The translations under genes were made by a program, and so were the position numbers. A DNA stretch of 64,000 bases from the human T2T-CHM13v2.0 reference genome, Homo sapiens: assembly GCF_009914755.1 (NCBI RefSeq), contig NC_060948.1; one strand, 5' to 3'. Below, in pieces: positions 51,701 through 64,000 of this stretch (position 1 is its first letter; each line of letters starts with the position of its first letter). The notes below the pieces were generated by a model that saw nothing but the letters and a program-made list of their open reading frames with translations, was not told where the DNA came from and ran no database searches.

Positions 51701-54280
51701 GGAAAAATGGCTCTCCAAACCCAAATACTAAACAGAAAATTAGTATCAAGTGGCCTAGAATGTAATTTACATGAAAATGTCACAAACATTCAGCAGATAG
51801 TTTCTAAATGCTACAATAAGCCTGACAGTCTGCAAGAAGCTCAGAAAAACATGGTCCTTGCTCTTCTCAGAGTGCAGTTGTTACAGGCACAGATAAATGA
51901 GGAATAATAAGTATGATAACTGCTGTAATAGGCAAATACAGGAACTATAACTGGAAATAAAGACAATGATTTTGATAAACAAAACTTTAATAAACAATGA
52001 AATATTTAAAAAAAAAGACTCATGATTTTAATAAACGTTGCCTCCTTCTTCCCTCCAGAAGAAAACTCATGCCTCTGCTTTATTGGCTGACATGTTCCTA
52101 AGGAGATGTAACAGGTCTGATTTGTATTAGTAAATCACATTTGCCTCATTTATGAAACATGTGTTTAAAAATCCTCTTAAAGGTCAAATGAGACTATTTG
52201 CTGTTGCTGGATAAATTGTCAAGTGCTACCCAAATATTATTTTCTCATGGTGATTTATACCGTGTGTATATTACATAGTTAGCGTAGCATTCTCATAAAG
52301 GAAACCTTGAAACACATCTGCTGCTCGGTTTTTATTTTTCAACTGTTTCAGTCATTATTATTTATCACATGCTTTCTAGGGGCTTTTGAATTTTAAAGAG
52401 ATATGTATACACCAAAAAGAGAAGGACAATGAAATTGTGAGACTACAGTCATAATGATTTCATTGATTAATTCAATTGTTTACAGGGCTAGATTAGATTA
52501 TATTTCTCCCAAAAGATTCTCGGAGAAATTCTAAGATGACGCACCCACTGTTTGAAATGGCCAAAAAGTTGTTGCTTAAGTTAGAGTTAACTCTTTTTAA
52601 AGCCTGAAGATAAAGTAATAGTTTCGTGAATTACAACAGGGAAAATAGGATTTTTAGTGCTACTTGCTCTCATCAGAAATAATCGTTAACTTTTAAATTG
52701 TTCTTTATGTCACATTAAATTTTTCATTTCCATCTCATGTTTTGGATGTGGTATGTATTTTTAAATGCATTTTCACCCTTATTGTGCTTCTGTGAGAAAC
52801 TGCAGATTTAAGTTCATATCATAATTATCTTTTAGTTTTATTTGTTTGTTCCTAAAGGTTCACAGAAATAAAGAATTCCATTTATGCTTGTATCTTTCAG
52901 CAACCTCATTTCAGATAACGGTGCACATTATTGCAGGTATCACATGTACAGGTCCAAAGGGAGAAAAAGAAGAAAGTAAGCTTTTAAGTCTAAATATTTG
53001 TAACACTAGATCAGAAACTCAGTATTCATAGTGAAATCAAAAAATGATCACAGTCAATTCCATCTCATACCTAGACTGAAATAAGAACCTTCAAAAGCAA
53101 AGAAAGTTAAGAGCTTTGGGCTTGTCAAAATTTTCCTATACAGATAAAATTATTGGTGACTTTCTCTCACTAGAAAACATAAACAAAAATTCATCCTTCA
53201 TATATGTGTAAATAAAATATTTTTATTTCTATCAGTTATAACATGCAAGCAAGTAATACAGTGAAAGTACAATAATAAAACGATATAAGGAAATTTCTCT
53301 GTGTCAACAAATTCCATCGAGGCCATTAATTTTACAAAACCCATAGAGAATACTTCATGAAACTACATTATACTCTACTCTTTAGTATTTTACTTACATT
53401 TTAAATAATCAACAAATTAAATAAAATTCTTAATCATTATTTATTACCAATAACATTATTCTACTCAAGTAATCCTTTTGAGATTAAATATTTTAAATAA
53501 AACATTAAAAACAAATTGTATTGACTGATATCAGCTTTTGATGAAATAATACTTCTGTATTTGTAGTCATGTGAAGTATAACTTTCTCCTCACAATGGAT
53601 CTTTTATAACACCAGTGGTATTGCTTTCTCTGATACAAAGCCTTTTTGATCTCACAGCTTTACTGTATCTACATATTACATTCCTCCAGATAGTAGGCTT
53701 CAAACAGATGGAAAAAATTATATTTGTGACAAAATTCTAGGAAAGGGAATGGTAAAACGGGACAATAATTTCTAAATTTCTAACTGTTCATCCATGGATT
53801 TGGATATATTAAGATATAGACAAATATTTGCACACTGCAAGTTTGCACATGTGTTTATAAATTTAAATGAGGTATCCATAATGTATGGGTTGTGTAATCT
53901 TTTAATTAATCCTCAATTTTACATGTGGGAAATTTGAAAAGGGTTTATCCTTATCAAATACTCAATTCGAAGTACTATACTGAATGTATAGTACTTTGAT
54001 GTAAAGCCAACAAAATCTCTGTCAACGTTCATTTCAATTAATCCATTGATGTTAACTGCTGATAGCTTCATTCTCCTTGATCCCTGTTGGCAGCCTGAAA
54101 GCTAATTCTCACTCTAATTCAGCACTCAGGGTGCCACCCACAAGTGACTAACACCTTGCTGTGGATTGTGACCTCTGACTCTACCACTTTTGTCCTATAA
54201 CAGTCCTACCTTTGCATATTTAATGAACTTTGTACATGGTTAAAAAATAAAACTGTAGTGAAATGTCAGGCCATGCTGTG

Positions 54281-54340
54281 AGATGTTCCATTGCTTCTGT
54301 ATCTCTAATTAGATGTTCCATTGCTTCTGTATCTCTAATT
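54281..54340. repeat. Perfect 2x30-bp tandem duplication
   Basis: agatgttccattgcttctgtatctctaatt twice. Confidence 0.95.
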
Positions 54341-55214
54341 GACCTTTCATGTTATAGAGGACAAGAAAAACAATTCAATACATTACTTAGTAACCAATCC
54401 AATGCACCCTTTCTTATTAATATGCCAAACCCATCCCTTCAAGGCACTGACATCTAAACACAGCTAGATGTATCAAAATCTCTTCTCATTAATAACCATT
54501 ATGTTAATCACTGTTGCCCAGATCTGGACTCTGACTGTGAAATCCTAGGGTGGAAATTGCTATAATGGCTCAAACTGCGGGAATGACTATGTTTCGGCAT
54601 AATTACTGCTGTCATCTTACTGAAAAATATCACATTAGATGGCAGCTTCTAGTTACATAAATCCTGTTGATTAATGTCCAGCATTTATGATATTGCACAA
54701 GTAAAGATCTTTGATAACTTAAATGATTAGCTGAGCAATAATTAAAATAACTCACAGCAATTTAAATATTCATTTACTTACTAGAAGTGCCATACATCAT
54801 TAACTCCTGATGAAAACAAAGTGGGGAAATTGCAAGTGCTGAACTGGTTACTGAAGTATGTATTTCGGGGTATTTTATAAAACTATCCATGCCATGTATG
54901 ATGCCTCACCTGCAAGGATAAAGCTTTAACATATATGAAAAATAAGTGTCTTTGGTTCTTAATATCTTCCTACATTTGTCTTCATAACTTCAACACAAAA
55001 ACACTCATATACTCGACTTTTGGCTGGGCTGACTACCAGTTATTAGGATTTAAGTAAATAGAATAAAGATTTCAAAATTCGATGACCAAATATGAGAAAT
55101 CACACTCTCCCCGTAACATACAATTATTCTCAAGTGCCACTGCTAATGCAAAATTGAAAGAAGAAATTAAGTCTAATATATTGCAATATTCTAAAATCTA
55201 AAATTTTTTCTTTG

Positions 55215-55510
55215 AGGTCTGGTGGTTCATGCCTGGAATTGCAGCTCTTTGGGATGCTGAGAAGGGAGGATTGCTTCAAGCGCAGGGTTCAAGACCAGCC
55301 CAGGCAACATAGCAAGTCCTATCTCTACAAATGTAACTAATTAAATACTTAATTAAATTGGGCATGCTGGCACACATCTATCTTCTATTTACTCAGCAGT
55401 TCAAGGTCGTAGTGAGCTGTGATTGCACACTGCACTTCAGCCTGGGCCATGAGGTAAGACTTTGTCTCTACAAAATAATTCAATATAACAAAACAAAATA
55501 AAATAAAAAC
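55215..55510 (+). mobile_element. Old Alu (AluJ-like)
   Basis: ggtggttcatgcctggaattgcagctctttggg...gttcaagaccagcccaggcaacatagc. Confidence 0.75.
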
Positions 55511-56680
55511 ACTTTATTTGTTTTTTGGAAGTTTGCTTAATTGCTCCAAAGCATAGACATTGTTTAAAAAGTTAAGCAGTTCATGGGGAATCGGCAGTGA
55601 ACATTGTTTATATTGTTTTCCAAAAATTAGGATAAATGTTAGAATATTATATATAAATATCTCATAACCTTTTGTACAATAAATATTGACAAATGTCAAG
55701 CCATCGTGTTTATAGACTTTTCCTTCAAAATATTCATAGTTTAATTGGAGGATGAAGAGAAGAGCAATAATTGCAATGTACTCTGACAAGTGTTACAATA
55801 GATACAATTTAGTAACTTAGCTGGAGAGGAAGGAAGTGCTTAACTGGGTTTACAGGGGTTGGGGGAACTTTCTCAGGTCAGGAACAACTGATGCATCTGT
55901 AAGGATACAAATTTGCAAGACGAATGTTTGGGAGAAAAACACTGTAGAAAAAAAGAAACATTATTTCTATCAATGATAGACATACTAACAGTGCATATGA
56001 TGCCATCTGCCCAATTCTTAGACTATACTAGCTCAATAAATATTTCTTGAATGAATCCATGAATGGAAGATACTGGGAAAAGAATGCTGGAAGGGATTTT
56101 CAAAATCCAGTGAAACAAAGGTGAATACTCTGGACTTTACAATTTTGCCTGCCGTTCTTTAAGTTCTTGTTATGTTTACTACCTCATAAGCTCTGTTTTA
56201 CTTTTTGTTGTTTTCACAAATATCACGCATGATATCGTTCCTGAGACTAATTCTCTCTTGATCCCTTGATACTATATTTGTCTCTGATACTCCTTTGTGT
56301 GAGGTCCTGGGTTTTTATGCCCACAGCTACGTCACTCACCTCTCCCTGGCACTATTCTGTAATAGAGAGGCCTGGCCCCTGGGAGGCAGGGTTCCTAGGC
56401 TCTCATAAAAATTACTTCCTGTTTCAGCTCAGTCAAGGGATGACACTGCAGAGATTAGAGAACAAAAAGATGAGAGAAGCCAGTTTGTGTCGCCTTCCTT
56501 CTCAGCAGGGTATGTTTCCACAGTGATTCCATGCCTGCAGGACATGCTCTCTGTGTTTCCATTTTCCATGTAGTGACCCGAATCCTAGACTGGCTCTTCT
56601 AATGCCGTTTTCTCCAATTGTCTTTTTGAAGGATTTGGGTACTATTGTACTATTTTGGAGTTTAAAATTTAAAAAAATAT

Positions 56681-57460
56681 TGATATGGACAGGGGGGCAG
56701 GGAAGTGCCTGATAGAGGAGGGTGTGGTTCTTGGCTAGGGATTCACCCTCAGGCTTGTGCTCATTGACCTAGGTGAGGCCATGCACTTCTGTTTTCTTGC
56801 CCAAATTGGTGAGGACATGCGCTTCTGTTTTTTTGCCCAAGTGTTGCATTTTCCAAGAGCACCCTGGCCTGCCATACCCCCATCCTGTGCTATCAGAAAC
56901 CCCGAGACCCTAGCGGGCAGAGACACAGTAGCTGACGTCGAGAAGAACCATCAGCAGAAGAAGACACAAGCAATTGGACCTGGAGAAGACACCGGAGGAA
57001 GGAGAGCGCAAGGACAGAGGCGGCAGGCCATCCACCGCAGAAGAACACAGAGTTGCGTGGGGCTGTGGAAGGAGAGCGCTCACCTGCCCCATTTCAAGGG
57101 AAAACCACCTTCCCGCTCCGTCTCCCTTCTGGCTCCCCATCCATCTGCTGACAGCTTCCACTCAATGAAACCTGCACTTACTCTCCAAGCCCACGTGTGA
57201 GCCAATTCTTCAGCTACACCAAGGCAGGAAACCCCAGGATCCAGAAAGCCTTCTGTCTTTGCAGAAAGGCAGAGTGTCTAATTGAGCTGACACAAGCCGT
57301 CTACAGATTGATAAACTAAAGTAACACCGTGTAACACATGCCCGCTGGGGATTTAGGAGCTGTAAACATTCACCCCTAGATGCTGCCTGGGGTCAGAGCC
57401 CCACAGCCTGTCCTCATTGCTAGCTCTGCAGCGGGGGATAAGGGACGTTTTCCCGTTGCA
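56681..57460 (+). mobile_element. ERV1-class solo LTR (MER4-group like; subfamily uncertain)
   Basis: TG...CA termini (tgatatggacagggggg ... ttttcccgttgca); GC-rich ~780 bp in AT-rich flanks; gacctaggtgagg and accctggcctgccatacccccatcctgtgc motifs; flanks atat/ctat. Confidence 0.8.
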
Positions 57461-60014
57461 CTATGAGTCTGTTTCCAATGCAGTGTGCTTTCTGCAATAC
57501 TGCAGTGTTACCTCATTGCATATATTTGACAAAATAAGTTACAAACTATAATGTGAGAAGAAAATAAATGGTGGAGAATAAGGAAGAAAAATGAAACATT
57601 GTGTCAGTAAGGAATGTTTTTTACTTCATGTAACAGAAAAAGTAAACATGAATTAAATAAACAGGAATTTCCGGTTTTCACATGTTAACCAGCCACAGTT
57701 AGGCATTTGGCGCCTTTGATCAGTTGCATTGCTGCATGGAAGTAGCGTAGCTGCATGGTAGTAGCACTGACTTTTTTTTTTTTTTTGCTATTTTCTCCAA
57801 GGTGAAACCTAGCTCAAATCCAACACCATGTTGGGTCCAGTTGTTGCTAGCCAGCTTTGCCCACACTCTGGTTTTTCAGTCTTATCAGCTTCTAGTGTAT
57901 GCAGCTACTTTAACAGTGTGTTTTTGCTAGTCATGTGAAACTGCTGCCTGAGATTTTCTATTCTCCTGCAATCATCTAGTATTTTTCCTGGCTCAAATTA
58001 TGTGACTTGCTCATTTTTCTCCTCAGGACACTGCAGGATGTTCTTTACCTGGTTTTTTAAAAGAGCATTGGTAAACCAGTTTCATTTCCCTCAAATACTT
58101 CTGAGAATTCCTGAGAAACTTATACATGTCTCACTGGACTGCACCACTGCCCACTCAGCTGCCTGTTATTGACTTCTTTCTTTAGATAAGATCCCCCAGA
58201 CAGCAACTGCATGGGCCCTCCCACCCCCACTCCCACTAAAGACCAACATCCAATGTTTAAAACATTTTAAGTCTTAGATATAGCATAAAGGGATTATGGA
58301 ATACAAAACAACACATCAGACACATATATTAAGAAAACTTCAGCCAGTATCAGTCTTTGACAACAAAGGTAACCATTTTAACTACACGGTATAAATATAT
58401 TTACACATAAAGTGTATGCATAGGGAAATGTTTCTCACATTGTATATACTTTCTCCAGTGATGTCTTAGGCACTCATTTAAAATAGGTCACTGATTGAAT
58501 TACAACTGTAACCTATAATGAAAATAGCAGAGTAGAAAGGTGTAGAAAGGCTTTTTTTTTTTTTTAAACAGCTCATATGTACACATTGTTTGGTCTTCCA
58601 GTTGTGCTGTTTCTTTTGTATGAGTGTGTATATGTTTATGTAATTTTAGATAGTTACAGAGAATAGATTTAGTCGAAGTAATTAGAAATTAAGCAGACTT
58701 CTTTGTAATAAAAAAGGAAATGATTAACTTTAATTGAATTTTAGTGCAACAGTAAAACTGGATAAGAATTTATTCTTACTCAGGGAAAAGATGTACTGTG
58801 TTTTGCAGACTGAAAGAGTTCTTTCCTGAGTAAGCCAGTGTTGGCCTTTATTGCAGAAATAGATTGTTTTTGGTAGACCCCTACAGCCAGCTACCTGCAG
58901 AGAAAGAAATTCTACTAGAGAGGATTCTAAATTGAGTATTAAATACTCTTTCTTTAGGTGAAGCATTCACATACAATATTCTTTTACATTCAGCATAATT
59001 ATAAAAGTTAATTTTAGAACACTTTCCAAAAAAATAAAGCAATTATAAAAATTAGGGAGATAATTGTATATTCCTCCTTTAAAAAGTTTTAGCCTATTCA
59101 AATCTAACAAGTCCACTCTGAAATACCTGTAAATAAGATACGAAATGAATAAGAAAATACAGCAGAATGTACCAGATGTTTTCTATGTGTTGGATATACA
59201 TACATCTGTTAGTTTTTAATGGCAGACAGAGTGCAGTCTACATAATTTTATTCATAGGAGATGCCTATGCATCATATATTCACAGATAACTATTATTTCT
59301 CTGAAGATTGAAATAGAAAGCTAGGAAAACACAACACAGCACATACACTGGATTATATTTAAGCAAATGTGAATTGTATAGTTACATGATCTCTTCCAGG
59401 GGCTTCTTATCACTCTCTCACTGGGTAGTCTAAGGATTGATTAAAGTTCCTAGGCTCTTTCAAGCTAAGAAACACTATGTAAGTGCTATGCATTATCATG
59501 GTAACACGAGAGTGAGGCATAAGTGATTTGCAACATCATAGGCTCTTTGAAATGTGCGTCTAGTCTGATTGAAAGTTTTCTCTAACAGTGTTTTATGTAT
59601 TGGAAAGTGCTTATCATATTTGAAGATGAAATGTGCTCTACTGAAATCATGCAAATCTGCAAAATCAATCTTTGTTCTATATATTAGTATAATGATGTTT
59701 CTCAAAATAGAAGAAAACTTGGGATATGATTTCAAAGGTAATTTATAATAAGGTAGAATTTTGACATCAATTATAACTTGTCTATTATCATTTGATTGAC
59801 TCAGCTGTTGCTCTCTTAATTAGTGCAACTGAAGTCTAGTTAATTTGCATAAAGGTAGCTATCCCATCTTACAGACTTTTAAAGACAGTCAGGAGACTAT
59901 TCACTGTTTCTATAAAGCTTACATAGATTTTATCAACATGTTTCAGTCATGTATGACTGACTGCAATAAGCATCAGTTCTAAAATGTAATTTATACATTA
60001 ATAATTCCTTTAAT

Positions 60015-60810
60015 ATTTTTATTTTTATTTTTATTATGGATTCAGAGAGTACATGCACAGGCTTATTACAGAGGTATATTACATGATGCTGACATTTAGT
60101 CTTCTATCGATCCCGTCACCCAGATAGTGAACATAGTACCCAACAGGAAGGTTTTCAGCCCCTGCCCCTCTCCCTCTGTCCCTCCTTTGGAATCTCCAGT
60201 GTCTATAGTTCTCATCTTTATTTCTGTGCACCCAACCAAGTTTTAGCTCCTATTTATGAGAATATTCAATATTTGATTTTCTGTTTCTTCATTAATTTGC
60301 TTAGGTTAAGGCCTCCAGCTGCATCCACGCTGCTGCAAAGGACATGATTTTGTTCTTTTAATGGCTGTGTACTATTCCAGGGCTCATATGTACCACATTG
60401 TCATTGTCCCATCCTCCACGGATGTGCTCCTAGGTTTATTCTATGTCTTCGCTATGGTGGTGAATATGAGAATTCTTGTGTCTTTTTTGGTAGCTTTAAT
60501 AATTTATTTTCATTTGAGCATATACATAGTAATAAGATTGCTGGGTGAAAGAGTAGTTCTATTGTGAGTTCTTTTAGAAATCCACAAACTGCTTTCCACA
60601 GTGGCTGAACATTCTCTCCACCAGTGTATAAGTATTCCTTTTCCTCTACAGCCTTGCCCACATATGTTTTTTTTTGGGGGGGGCTTTTTAATAATAATAC
60701 TCATTCTGACTGGTATGAGATGGTATCTTGTTGTGATTTTGATTTCCCTTCTCTGATGATCAGTGATGTTGAGCACTTTTCTTATGTTTCTTATCCACTT
60801 GTATATCTTA
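60015..60810 (-). mobile_element. L1 (older L1PA/PB) 3' fragment
   Basis: cccagatagtgaacatagtacccaacagg...gcctccagctgcatcc...tgctttccacagtggctgaac...ctgactggtatgagatggtatc. Confidence 0.85.
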
Positions 60811-62361
60811 AGAAGATATTTTAAATAAACATACAATTATTTCCTCTACTCATAGGTCAAATTCTGCCTATGTCCTTCTCTCTTTTTCTACTACATGATT
60901 TTACATGGATAATGAGTCAAAAAATGTGATGTGCTAGTAATACATTTTATTTCATACTTATAAATGTAAAATGTTTTTCTTTGAAAGATACCACATTCTC
61001 CAATTTTTAATTTTTTTAATTCCTTTAAAGCGGCAATGGGGACAGGGAAATTTTAAAGCAATTACTTCACAAGGTGATTCCAATTTATACAGAATATTGT
61101 TCATTGTAAAATTATTTTGTTTTTGAGTAAAATTAAAATATGTATACAAATACAAAATAACATAATAAATACTAATTTTACCCCACTTAAAAATAAAAGC
61201 TATTAATATTTTCCTTGTTCTATGTATATTACCTCTGGTTGTAATTGGAATACACCCCATCAGGTTCATTTGCTTTTCTCCATTTCCAGAGGTGCCATTA
61301 TCATCAACCTGTTATTACCTTCATATTTTTATAAATTTATTAAAATATTTATTTCTAAATAATACTATTTTGTGAATTTTTAATGTTTCTGTGAATATAT
61401 AAGGTGTGTATTATTTCACATTTTTTGTTAACATTCTTACTGAGAGCTGCCATTATTGATGGCATAGTTCTCAGTCTACAGAATTTCATCATGTTCCATG
61501 ATGTGTTTGTCCAAATGCTACAAAGAGAAACCTTCCCTATGCATCTAGGTACACATGTGTGAGAGTGTCTAATGAATATACTAGAAGAATGGCTGGACTG
61601 CAGTGTGCATACAGTTTTAATTTTGAGGGGATGAAATATATTCTCATTAGGTCCCAGGGCTACCACTTTATTACTATTGTTTATCCAAGCTAATTGGCTT
61701 AGCATATGTCTTAGATTTTTCATTTTTAATGAAGTATTATTATAAGTTACATTGATTAGATCCAGCATGTGTTTGTTAAATGTTCATTTTGTTTAACAAT
61801 TATAGCTATTGTCAGGGCTCCATCATTAGGTGAGGAAAATAAAATATTAACAGAATGATGACTTCGGTAGGGGGATAAGTCTGAAAATCAACTTTATTTT
61901 CCTAACACGGTTTATACAATACATAGATAATGCTTCTTTTTCAGGGACAGCATGCAGCAGAGTGCTTGATAATAAATCAATATGCACTGAGTCAGTATTG
62001 GCTAGGAATGGCTAGTTCCTTCCAATCTTCCCGGGTGATGGAAGAAGTATTTGACATAGTTTTTTGTTTGTTTGTTTGTTTTTTCTATATGGTTCATTTA
62101 CATGACACTGCCAGATCATCATATGGTGGGTTTGGGGAAAATGAAGGAAATAATAGGCTAGATATATGTAAATTATGTGCTAGAAATAGAAGCTTAGCAC
62201 AGAGAGAGTAGTTAATTGGTCTGGCCACAGTGGTTTTGTCATCTCTCATATGCCTACAACTATTTATTTATGGGCTATTTGCTTATGACGATTTAAAAAA
62301 AAATCTGTTTCAGCAGCAATGACTAAAAAATGCAAGTAGATATTTAATTAAAAACAACTCT

Positions 62362-62844
<483 letters not shown>

Positions 62845-64000
62845 TCAAAAGGTAATACTTAGTTACATTAAGAAAACTATGCCTGAAGATGACATTTTCA
62901 CAGATTTAATATGTGAATTTGGAAAAATTGAACATATAATTCTGAGATGATTGGCTTTTTATTGACATCAAATTACTGTTTTTTAAAAACAATCGTGTAC
63001 ATTTTTAATTCTAATTTTTCTGCACTTAAGAAATATGCATCAGTAATTGTTAGTATATTAGCTCCATTAGCTACAGAAGAAATTCCAAAATAATTGAATA
63101 ATGCCATCTAGATGTTTCAAACAGAAAATTGGATTAAAAAATGGTTTGATTTTTAATCAATCATTGGAACCAAAATAAAGCTGTTGAAATATTATTGTGT
63201 CAGGAAAAAAAACATTGAACAATATGATACTTTTTTTAAAAAAGTTCACTTGAAAAGCTAAACATTGTGGATAACTTTTATTGGTGACAAGAAAAAGCAA
63301 CTTTGGAAAAGTTTTTGCAAGTAACTTTATTTAAAAATCAATATAAAATTAAAACAAATGCATTTTCCTAAAAAAACTACAGGTAATTATTAAGAAACAG
63401 ATTAATACATATAAATATGTTCTAGAATAATTATTCTTCCTCTTATTTGTAATACTTCAATAATAAATACAAAGAAGTTATTTTTCTATTTTGCCTCAAG
63501 ATATGTAATTGTGAATTTAAATTTCTGAAGGGATTTCATTTTCAGAAGTAATTGGAAGGTAACGATTTCATAGCTCCATTGATACAGTAAAAAAAAAAAA
63601 TGCCTGTAAGGAAATAACATAATAAATATTAAATAATTTTGCATATGTTGGTAACCTTTTATTCTAAAAAAAGTTTCCATTGGAACAATAAATATTTTAG
63701 TCACCCTAATTTTACTAAATATCATTAGATAATCCTGTGATTGATGGAACCAAATTATCATTCCATACATCCTTGACTACACTTGATATTATTATTTTAA
63801 TAGTTGCCAAACAAATGAACAAAAGTTGGAACGTAATGTGGTTTTGATTTATATCCCCAGATTACTAATGAGCTCAAACATCTAGCCATTTTTCATTGGT
63901 CATATGACTTTCTTCTTTTCTAAAATGTATCTATTTACCTGTCCTGCTTTCTTCTACTGGGCTAGATTGTTTATAGATTTTCTTGTGTAGTTATTTTGAT

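Noticed and set aside
56757-57200. 147-aa ORF with a repeated LGEAMHFCFLAQ motif
   Set aside because: It lies inside a solo LTR; the repeat is a short internal LTR duplication.

Overview
This is primate (very probably human) Y-chromosome DNA with many Alu, L1 and LTR elements and no certain intact protein-coding gene. In order it contains: (1) a disrupted + strand gene relic at ~7.0-21.2 kb, made of a >6.5 kb exon of 33-bp/11-aa Trp-periodic repeats followed by eight exons encoding two trypsin-like domains. This fits what I recall of the Y-linked giant gene PRSSLY, and there is a further trypsin-like exon upstream. (2) A minus-strand TSPY-like pseudogene lying head-to-head with (3) a nine-exon RBMY2-type gene with one SRGY box, whose spliced ORF is still open for 318 codons. 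(4) A second TSPY-like pseudogene overlapped in antisense by a PRORY-like ORF. (5) An AT-rich distal region with a solo LTR, L1 and Alu elements and a possible very degraded USP9-like relic. The layout resembles my recollection of the TTTY5-TSPY22P-RBMY2FP-TSPY21P interval of human Yq (AZFb). All symbol-level and subfamily assignments are from memory and were not checked by any search.
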